Shown here piece after piece: positions 46,167-56,300 of a DNA stretch of 64,000 nt. Numbering within the stretch: the stretch's first letter is position 1; each line of letters begins with the position of its first letter. The DNA comes from Catajapyx aquilonaris. Taxonomy: Eukaryota. Below the pieces are notes generated by a model. The model was not told where the DNA came from and did not search any database. It saw only the letters and a program-made list of their open reading frames with translations. Position numbers and translations under genes: made by a program. Location: positions 1-64,000 of the forward strand of contig KZ538217.1 of NCBI GenBank assembly GCA_000934665.2, read 5' to 3'.

Positions 46167-47230
46167 TCACAGCCATTTCTTGGCGAAGATGTAATCGTAT
46201 CGGTAGGCCAGGTGGCTAGAATGAGTCACTTCGCTGTGAACGTAATACCCTCTGTCCTCCATGAACTTCCGCATCACCTGCTTCCCTTCCTTCGTATGAA
46301 GGTACTCGACTGAAAGAGTCTGGAGGGGGAAAAACTGATCTCATTAGATCCGTGCAAATCCGTATATAACTTGTAGGGTAGATAGCTCACTTTGATATCT
46401 AGCTTGTCAAACGGAATGGTTCTGAGCACGTCCAGTTCATCTCTCTCAATATCAAGGCTGAAGTAGTCTATCCTGGTTCTATTCAGCGCCAGCATGTACG
46501 AGTAGAGTGGGAAGCACTGGACGTCCACGTAACCTTTCCCCAAATGGCCTGCGTCAAATTCGGAGATGCGACCTCGAATTGCCCGCTGCCTGAACGACAC
46601 CTGAAATGAACACACACACATCCTGTACTGGCATGCCCATAATGCGCGTTGATTGATGGTATACCCACCACTGTTGGATAGTTCCTGGTCCCGAGGCACG
46701 AGCTGGACATCCAGGCCTTCCTCTGCTTCTCGACGAGCTGTGCAAAGTTAACTGGGTCTGCTTCCAGCAGCAGTCCTTCCCAACCCATCTCCCTCTCGAA
46801 GTACAGGGTGTTTGACATGGTCTCTCCATCCATTGCGCCGCATTCGACGAAGAACCCGTTCCTCTGCGGAAAGTATATAAAGGCATATCAGCAATAATTA
46901 ACTCTCTTGAAAGGCCCACGACTCGATCGTGACTTATTATTTTACCATGTCGGGGCCCAGGATGGACCGGATCTTCTCTGCCTGACCCACTGAAGGGTCT
47001 CTGACTTCCGGATGACTCAGGTTGTACGGAAGGACCGACGGCGAGATGAGGTACCTTGACTTGATCCTTGCGATGACCTTAGGGTCAGAAGGGCTCTCAT
47101 ATGGTCCCTTCAGCTCCCCAAACTTCCCCTGGTTGATGTGGTTCCTGCAGAAGACAACGAGGACCACGGCCACCCATCCCAGGAGCAGGAGGAGGCGGAG
47201 GATCTTCCCTCGGGATCTCATCAAAATCAT
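46167..47230 (-). CDS. Star-like type II membrane protein with FkbM (Methyltransf_21) domain, copy A (4 exons)
   Basis: N-terminal TM, PYNL..DPSVGQ, NGFFVECGAMDGETMSNTLYFEREMGWEGLLLEADP, VQCFPLYSYMLALNRTRIDYFSLDIERDEL; intact frame to W-L-stop. Confidence 0.88.
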
Positions 47231-47330
47231 TTCGGCGGATGGCCAACAATGCCTGGAAATCGCACAAGATGGTCGACAACATTGTTGTGTCCTGTAATTA
47301 TTGTAACCAGTTGCCAGACAACTGTGACTT

Positions 47331-48040
47331 GTTGTCGCTGATGTCGACCAACGCGAGGTTGGCAACGCTGCTGTCGACCAACGCGTGGTTGGCAACGCTG
47401 ATGTCGACCAACGCGTGGTTGGCAACGCTGATGTCGACCAACGCGAGGTTGGCAACGCTGATGTCGACCAACGCGTGGTTGGCAACGCTGATGTCGACCA
47501 ACGCGTGGTTGGCAACGCTGATGTCGACCAACGCGTGGTTGGCAACGCTGATGTCGACCGAGGCGAGGTTGGCAACGCTGATGTCGACCAACGCGTGGTT
47601 GGCAACGCTGATGTCGACCAACGCGAGGTTGGCAACGCTGATGTCGACCGAGGCGAGGTTGGCAACGCTGCTGTCGACCAACGCGAGGTTGGCAACGCTG
47701 CTGTCGACCAACGCGAGGTTGGCAACGCTGCTGTCGACCAACGCGAGGTTGGCAACGCTGCTGTCGACCAACGCGAGGTTGGCAACGCTGCTGTCGACCA
47801 ACGCTAGGTTGGCAACGCTGATGTCGACCAACGCGAGGTTGGCAACGCTGCTGTCGACCAACGCGTGGTTGGCAACGCTGATGTCGACCAACGCGAGGTT
47901 GGCAACGCTGATGTCGACCAACGCGTGGTTGGCAACGCTGATGTCGACCAACGCGTGGTTGGCAACGCTGATGTCGACCGAGGCGAGGTTGGCAACGCTG
48001 ATGTCGACCGAGGTGAGGTTGGCAACGCTGCTGTCGACCA
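47331..48040. repeat. 30-bp tandem array (~23.5 units of atgtcgaccaacgcgtggttggcaacgctg) between the divergent Star-like genes
   Basis: Perfect 30-bp period from 47341 to 48030, with a few variant positions and no spacers. Confidence 0.97.
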
Positions 48041-48080
48041 TCTTGTACCGATTTCCAGGCTTTGTTGGCCATCCGCCGAA

Positions 48081-49170
48081 ATGATTGTGATGAGATCCCG
48101 AGGGAAGATCCTCCGCCTGGCCATCCTCCTGCTCCTGGGAGGGGTGGCCGTGGGCCTCGTTGTCTTCTGCAGGAACCACATCAACCAGCAGTGGAAGTTT
48201 GGGGAGCTGAAGGGACCATATGAGAGCCCTTCTGACCCTAAGGTCATCGCAAGGATCAAGTCAAGGTACCTCATCTCGCCGTCGGTCCTTCCGTACAACC
48301 TGAGTCATCCGGAAGTCAGAGACCCTTCAGTGGGTCAGGCAGAGAAGATCCGGTCCATCCTGGGCCCCGACATGGTAAAATAATAAGTCACGATCGAGTC
48401 GTGGGCCTTTCAAGAGAGTTAATTATTGCTGATATGCCTTTATATACTTTCCGCAGAGGAACGGGTTCTTCGTCGAATGCGGCGCAATGGATGGAGAGAC
48501 CATGTCAAACACCCTGTACTTCGAGAGGGAGATGGGTTGGGAAGGACTGCTGCTGGAAGCAGATCCAGTTAACTTTGCACAGCTCGTCGAGAAGCAGAGG
48601 AAGGCCTGGATGTCCAGCTCGTGCCTCGGGACCAGAAACTATCCAACAGTGGTGGGTATATACCATCAATCAACCCATGATGTTAACTCTATGAGCATGC
48701 CAGTACAGGGTGTGTGTGTGTGTTCATTTCAGGTGTCGTTCAGGCAGCGGGCAATTCGGGGTCGCATCTCCGAATTTGACGCAGGCCATTTAGAGAAAGG
48801 TTACGTGGATGTGCAGTGCTTCCCACTCTACTCGTACATGCTGGCGCTGAATAGAACCAGGATAGACTACCTCAGCCTCGATGTTGAGGGAGATGAACTG
48901 GACGTGCTCAGAACCATTCCGTTTGACAAGCTAGACATCAAAGTAAGCGATCTATACCCTACAAGTTACGGATTTGCATGGTTTTTTAATGGATTAATGA
49001 GATCTTTTTTTCCCCTCCAGACTCTTTCAGTCGAGTTCCTTCATGGAAAGGAAGGGAAGCTGGTGATGAGCAAGTTCATGGATGACAAAGGGTATTTCGT
49101 CCACAGCGAAGTGACTCACTCTGGCCATCTGGCCTACGATTTCATCTTCGCCAAGAAGCATGGGCTGTGA
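48081..49170 (+). CDS. Star-like type II membrane protein with FkbM domain, copy B; exons 48081-48374, 48457-48651, 48733-48941, 49021-49170
   Basis: Same motifs as copy A, with canonical SLDVEGDE. Confidence 0.9.
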
Positions 49171-49696
49171 CGGCCTTTGTGAAGCAATTCCCGTTGATTT
49201 AGGTTTTAATAAGTTCCTCAATGTTGAAGTTTGGTTGCCCAATTGATTGCTGTCAATCCGCGACAAGTTGCTGTGACATTACAAACAATAGATAACAACT
49301 GCTTGTTCAAAATTTACTATGAATCATGCACCTGTGCCTTATTATGTTGTGTACAACAGCACATTTTGTTACTAAATGATTGTGATTTGTGATGAAACTT
49401 TGATGTTGATGAGACTATGGGTGAAGGTGAGATTTTCACTGTCGATAAATGTATATTTATTGCGTGGCTGTGCCTATTATATTAGTGTTTGTAATACCTG
49501 CCTGGGGACGATATCAACAATGTGAACCTTCTGACCGAATAGGCGGGGGAGAGGGCAATGCGAAAGTGAATACATAAAATCAAGATAAAATATATTGATT
49601 AGATGAGGTGCGAAGTGTGATATTTTTTAAAAAAATTGTCACACGTGCTCACGGGCAACCGAAATAGGCTGTGATTCCCGAAAAGATCAACACGAT

Positions 49697-49768
49697 TTTA
49701 ATTTTAAATTGCAACAAATGGTGTAGATTAATCTAACACCTAGTTTTATTGCAATTTAAAATTAAAAT
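49697..49768. repeat. AT-rich hairpin centred on TAGATTAATCTA
   Basis: TTTTAATTTTAAATTGCAA ... TTGCAATTTAAAATTAAAA inverted arms. Confidence 0.75.
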
Positions 49769-49875
49769 TACCACTAGAAACAATGGTGAGTTACTACCAA
49801 AAGTAAATAGTAAAATACAGCACTATATTCAATAGATTCAAGTAAACTCCTCAATAACTGTCGTGTAAAAATAGG

Positions 49876-49911
<36 letters not shown>

Positions 49912-49929
49912 ACTATATACTACTAGTCA

Positions 49930-49981
<52 letters not shown>

Positions 49982-50554
49982 GTAACAACAACAACAACAA
50001 CAACAACAACAATTAGTGTACAAAAAAATCGCAGTTTAAAATAGCAATAGCTGATTAAGAAATAGCTGTTGATATACTAAAGAGCAAGAGCAGTTACAGC
50101 TGCTTCTGAAAAAAAGAGCAGTTAAGACCATCGCCATGCCCTTCGACCTTCGATCCTTTAATGTGCAGGTGGCGCCTTCGCTTTCGCACATTTGCAGACA
50201 GATGGCGCGCGCATTACAGCTACGCGATGCAATTCCTGGGGAGCTGGTTAAAAATAGCTGTCTTCATCATCATCGTATTTAATAGCTGATTATCTTATTT
50301 TGAAAGTGTAGGCATGTCAACTACCGTATTTTCCCGCGCGACGTATTAACTTGAAATTTTAAATAAATTTTTAAAAAAAACCTGGCTGCGGTTTGTTTAC
50401 ACTTCTGTTGGCACCGCTGTTGTTGAGCATGGCAGCAGCGGGTCGATCGAATTTGATCGATGAAGGAGCTTGGCATCGATTGAAAATAAAAAGAAAAGGA
50501 AAAAAGGAACAGTTGGTGGTAGCCTAAGTGCGGGGATTGTCACACGACAAAACA

Positions 50555-51386
50555 ATGGTAAGAATGTAACACGGATTTCTGTGCACTTAATGTACTGGTA
50601 CATTACAAAAGGTATGTACTGTGTATTCGATATGTAATTGAAATGTAATAATTTGCAGACAGGCGATGACACCAAGACTTTAGCTCTGATTAAACCTGAT
50701 GCGATCCAACATGCCAAGGAAATACTTGTAAGGATTAATCAGGAAGGATTTACCATTACACATGTAAGTACTGCGACTAGCTGTATTAATAAGAACATGC
50801 TCGTGATACGTCAACATTGCTCCGTTGCCAGCAAAAGCAGTTGGTCCTGACCCGTGAAGATGCGAGCGACTTCTACGGAGAGCACTACGGCCGCCTCTTC
50901 TTCCCATCCCTGGTGGCCCACATGAGCAGCGGGCCCATCATCGCCATGTGTCTGTCTCGTCCCAACGCGGTGCAGCACTGGAGGGACGTCCTGGGTCCCA
51001 CCAAAGCCTCAGACGCGTATGAGACACATCCGAACAGCATCAGAGCAAAGTACGCCCATCCAACGCGGGACGTGTGGAATGCGGCTCACGGAAGCGACTC
51101 ACCCAAGTCGGCCCAAAGGGAGCTGCAGTTCTTCTTCCCTGAATGTCCGTAATAATCATATCTGAAATAATTTACGCTAATTGCTGCTTTTTCGCTTCTA
51201 GTGACCCTGGAGCCGTTGCTGTCCGGCGAAGAGTCCTCGGATTACATCGCACAAAATGTGACACCCACCCTGACCAAAGGATTGGTCCAGCTTTGCAAGG
51301 AGAAGCCCGGTGAACCCATAATCTGGCTGGCCAACTGGCTCCAGCAGAACAACCCAAACAGGCCGGGGATCGGAAAGGTGAAGTGA
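50555..51386 (+). CDS. NME5: Nucleoside diphosphate kinase homologue 5 (NDK plus Dpy-30 domain; radial-spoke RSPH23); ATG-only first coding exon, then 50659-50763, 50832-51144, 51201-51386
   Basis: KTLALIKPDA, FYGEHYGRLFFPSLVAHMSSGP, NAAHGSDS and a C-terminal Dpy-30 motif (VTPTLTKGLVQLCKEKPGEPIIWLANWL..NNPNRP). Confidence 0.92.
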
Positions 51387-52123
51387 TTCCGGGGCGGGGC
51401 GGGAGTAGGTTACAAAGAAGAGAGTTCCCGTTCATCATATTTTTACTACTACGTCACTGATGAGAGACTTTCATGGCACAAAACAAAGTTCCTGCATACG
51501 TATACATATATATTTTTAAAGAGTACCGTACATTAGTGTGACAATTGGTTTCACGATGCAATTTGTCGTTTATGAATGGTCCGCAAATAAGCCTGCGCGT
51601 TACGCGAACTACTACTGTACTTTCTCGTCTACAACGGCTGTCGTCAATCGCCCACCCACTTCGACTATAACTACAAATTAATGAATTGTTAAGCAAATGT
51701 TAATAACTTATTACAACAAACAGATGCAGTTGTACGGGTAATTGTAATAAGTTGCTAATGACTTGCGAATAAGATGCATTAAAAATTCGTCATTTGCGGA
51801 GGTCGTTACTCGTGAATATGAGCAGGCTTATTGTTGGGCCATTCCGGTGTTTGTTTATTAGTATTGTTAATGTGGTGCTGTCGCTTTATTGTTTGTGAGT
51901 TACACTGAAACTGTACTTAGCCGTTACTGGCGTACGTTACATGCGGTTTGGCCGTTGTCATAAGCGGCTCCAAAAGCAGTGGGCGTGATGAACTGCATTG
52001 CGTTCCTGTTCATGCTCATTACCATTCCACCGAGCCACGTTCATTACCCGTCCCGCATATTCCTGTGTACTCTTTCCCTTTACCGTTCCCGATCTAACCT
52101 CCTTGCCGCAGGAAATCAAGGGG

Positions 52124-52717
52124 ATGGCTGGTGGCCTCCCAGGTCCCTTGACTCCGGAGCTGTCCCGCGTGGCCTTTCCGGGAAGCGGCAACGAAGGAAG
52201 CTACGTGTTCCCCGGCAGTGGGAACGAAGCCAGCTACATGTTCACAGGCTCCGGGAATGACCTCAGCTACATGTTCACCACCCTTCCGTCCCGCAGCGAC
52301 GCCAGATTCATGAGTCCTTCTCCTACGTACGGCTCCAACGTGATCACTCCGCCCTCCCCATCAGGATCCGCGGCAAGTGCGAGATCCAGAGGGTCGCCCG
52401 ACACAAGCGACGTGGCCCTGCGAGCCCAGATGTTGGACAAGATGTCCACCCCTCTGGTGGTCTCATTACTGACGGAGACTGCGTCCTCCTGGTATGACGT
52501 GCCCCTCCCTTCCTCCATGGTGGCCGTGCCCATGGAGACAACCAGGTCGCAACCGAGTCGAGCCGCCCAGGAGAGCAGTCCAGCGGGGTCAACAGTCGGA
52601 TCAGCCGCGTCACCATCAGGGTCAGCAGCCGGATCAGCTGCGTCACCAGCCGGATCTGTCAAGTCATTAGGGTCGAAGGGGTCCAAGAGCAGCTCCAAGA
52701 AAATTCAGGATAAGTAG
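52124..52717 (+). CDS. Uncharacterised Ser/Pro/Gly-rich protein with three 11-aa repeats (FPGSGNE.SY.)
   Basis: GC-rich ~197-codon ORF after a cag acceptor (~52111); no recognisable family. Confidence 0.5.
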   Translation: MAGGLPGPLTPELSRVAFPGSGNEGSYVFPGSGNEASYMFTGSGNDLSYMFTTLPSRSDARFMSPSPTYGSNVITPPSPSGSAASARSRGSPDTSDVALRAQMLDKMSTPLVVSLLTETASSWYDVPLPSSMVAVPMETTRSQPSRAAQESSPAGSTVGSAASPSGSAAGSAASPAGSVKSLGSKGSKSSSKKIQDK

Positions 52718-53349
52718 GGAGTTTCGTGAATGCTATTGCGAGGTCAGGAATTATTAGTCGAAGGGGGGGGAAAAAAAATCAATTGTAATGTTAATTTGAC
52801 GGCAGGTTTCGATGTGTAGTTTTTGCGAAAAGTATGTGGCTGAAATGTATGCTGCCGAACATTGTTATTAGGACAAGGGACCAAGTCTACTTCTTACCTA
52901 CTTGTGAAAATTCTGGTTGTGACGATTTGTATCTGCAATACTGTCCTTGCGAAAATACAGTTTTATGACTTTGAAGTGTTTGCGTCCGAGTTTGCAATTA
53001 TTTTCGCCGACCACCGAGGGCAAATCAAACTTCAATGCAAGTGGTACGAGTGTATTTTTTATTATTATTATTTCCCTTGCACAAAATACACTCGTAGTTG
53101 AGTTACTATACAATCCAACATCCTTTTTGTTGTGCATTGTAAACCCCGGAACTAGAACAGGAACTAGAGTTTTGTTTCTTATCACACTAAAAATTTCGCT
53201 TCCAAGTACGTAAAGGAAATGAAATGAAACGGTTGGACAGGATGGATTGGGAGGAATGATTTACAAAGTTTTAAAAATCGAGGAGCAGGGCGATGGGAGG
53301 TGAAGAAAAAAAAAAATGTTAATTACATAATTAGCACTATCACAGCCTT

Positions 53350-56300
53350 TTAGATCTTAGGAGACACGCTCTTCCATACTGCCTCTCTGCAGTGTTTCAT
53401 GGCCTGAAATTGAGGAAAAGTAGTCCGTAAGTTTGTTGCGACAATGAACGTAGCTACTCACATTGCAAGCCGATGCATGGAAGGTGGATTTGCACCAGTA
53501 CGAAGGTCCCCATGTGCACCTGTCGCCTCCGAGGAGATGCACTTGACCCGGTGGCCGCGGGCATACTTCCAGGGCCTGGCACACCTTTTCCTTTTCAGCC
53601 AATTCTCCAAGCAGGCCCAGGAAGTACGGGCCGTACATATCGATCAAGTCTTGGCACTGGAAGATGATGAAATCGTGTTAACCGCACCGGACAACCAATG
53701 GCCCTAATGAACAGAAGGACTTACAGTGGGTTGGTCGGAAGTCGGCACATACTTGCAGACCTTCTTGACCACCGAGTCAAACTCGTTTTCAAATTCGCTG
53801 TCTTCCAGCAGCTCATCCAGCAGGCCTACAATAGTCTCGCACACCTTGCATTTCTCACTCGCAGGCTTCGGTGTCGTAGTGCTCGCTGGTTCTGGGGAAA
53901 TATTTAAAAAAAAAACTTTGTAAGAGCTCAAAGTCTAATTTACTTATCACGGATCTGGTTCGAACTAGTCCGTATCAATAACTAATATTTAAGATTAAAC
54001 TGCAATCGCTTCATGTACAGTTTCGTCTTAAAAGGTCATCTCCAAACGAGTCTCGTGACCTCTGATTCCTCTTATCTGCCATCTGTGAAGCCCGAATTAA
54101 CTTTCGCTTCTTAATATTATTTCGTCAACAACGCATGTAATTAGATCCAGTAATAATTAAAAATACGGTAGAACGGTTCAGAATTATTGCGGCAATTCAA
54201 CAGTTCATGACTTTACTTAACCTATAACTATTTATTGTTTATCCTTTAAAAGATTGTACGCAAGCACGTCACTACCGTTTCGTCACACAGCGACACTTAT
54301 TTTTATTCACCACCACATAGGTTGCTTTACATGACAATGAACAACGAAAGCTAACAGCAATCTGATCCTTTATTTCCCCCCCCACAATTGCTGTCCAAAC
54401 ATTTACACAAGCAAAAGCATAATGGAGCGCTTTATGGAGCTGGTGTACCTGTTGCTTCATTCATCGGGACGGCACCGTAGCAGAGGCCCAGCTCCGTGCA
54501 GATCACATTAGGCTTCAGTTCCATCTCCAGCAGATGGATGATCATATCGCCATATTCATCTACGAACTTCTTGCATGAGTCCGACACGGTCTTGGGAAGG
54601 TACGAGCACAGATTCTTCACAGCGGCCTCGATCTCCTGCTCAGTCGCATGGTCGCCCAGAACCTTCTCGAGTTCGGACATCGCAAACTCGCATATGACAC
54701 ACTCGGGCGAGTGGTCCTTAAAGATCTCCACATCAACTGGCGGGATCGCATTCGATTCAACATGAGCGGAATCCTCTCTGTTGTATTTCTTCGGCATCTC
54801 AGACGGCTTTCTGGGGACCTGATCATTCGGAATTGATCAATTCAGATTCGTATTCATTAAAATATGTATTTACCTTGCACAGCTTGAGCGCGATGCAGAC
54901 TTCCTCAGGCGTGAACTCGGCAACCAACATCTCAACCAAATCCTCAAAGTAGTCATGCAAGAAGATGTCGCAGTCCTGCTTTATCGGGCCGAGATGCTGG
55001 CAGAGTTTGTTCAGCTCCTCTCTGATGGCCTCCTCCGTCCTGTTGTCTTGCAGGTAATCCTCAAGGCGATGTATGGCATACTCGCAGAGCACGCACGACG
55101 CCTTCGTATGCTGCACTGGCGCCACAGTCGCGCTAAGACCTTCAGATTCCTTGGGGCAGAGTCCGAGTTCGGGGCAGACTCGAGACGGATCGATCTGCTG
55201 AACCAAGAGGGAAATGACGGCGTCGCCATACGTGTTGACGAAATCGACGCACTGGGCAATCACGGTGTCTGGAAGCTTGTGGCACATTTGGTCCACAGCC
55301 TGCTTGATCTCCTCCTGTAATCGTTACAATTGAAATTACAACATTGCGGCAATTGCCCTCAATTTGCCGGACTCACATCAGTCGCAGGGTTCTTGAGCTC
55401 CTCCTGCAGGTAGTGCAAGGCGTACTCGCACATTACACATCCGACGTCGTTTCCGAGAGCCAGTCCAGGGTTGAGCAGCACTGGAGGCATCATCCTCTCA
55501 GGCGGAAGCTGGTACTGCTCCGCATCTATCTTCTTCTCCACCGGCCTCACTTGAACGTCCATTTTGGAAAGTGGGATCCGAACCAGCCCCGATTCCCCAT
55601 GGCTGATGGAATTAGCCTCGTCGTCACCAGTCATTCTCATCGACGGCTGGATCTCAACCTGGCGGATCACTCCGGCTGCCGCTGCTTCGTCGTCACCAGT
55701 CATTCTCATCGACGGCTGGATCTCAACCTGGCGGATCAATCCGGCTGCCGCTGCTTCGTCGTCTCCTGTGATATGCTTCGAGGGCACGAGTTTCACCTGT
55801 GGTATGGCAGTCGACTCCGCAGGCTGTAGATACCAGATAGGACCCTGGAAACGAATGAAAACAAATGGTTAGGCCAGAAGCCTTATGTCTCCAGCAGTTG
55901 CTACCAGGAGATAAAACACCTGCTATGATACGAAACGCAATTGATATCCGAACTAGCACAATAATTGCGTGTAATGACAGTAACAAACCAATTACGCATG
56001 GCATGTACGTCAAGAAAAATATCGGTGAACGTAACATGTGATGCAGAACCAGCAGGAAAACTCGGAAAGGACAGAGGAATTTCCTTCACAGATAACTTTA
56101 CGATAAGATTCGACATACATGCGGAGTTGATATCCCCTCGAAAAACATGTGAGGCTTTAACCAGCAAAATCAGGCGTGATATCTAGTCATGTGTATATCG
56201 GATTCTGGTCCAAACTGACACAAAATTGTTTCGACATCCACAGCAACCAATTTAGACGGGAATAAACAGTTGCCATCTGCAATTAATACATTGAGGTCAC

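Larger units (their letters stand above)
46021..49362. repeat. ~3.3-kb inverted segmental duplication (palindrome); arms ~46021-47290 and ~48020-49362
   Basis: Arms are reverse complements from the 3' flank through the coding exons, introns and 5' leader. Confidence 0.95.

Noticed and set aside
47331..48040. 30-bp repeat array as a CRISPR array
   Set aside because: Units are head-to-tail with no unique spacers, there are no cas genes, and the context is eukaryotic.
46937..48383. Repeat-encoded N-terminal extensions of the Star-like proteins (ORFs 46937-47785 and 47865-48383)
   Set aside because: No in-frame ATG within the array in these frames; ATGs at 47230 and 48081 precede the TM segment as expected for type II proteins.
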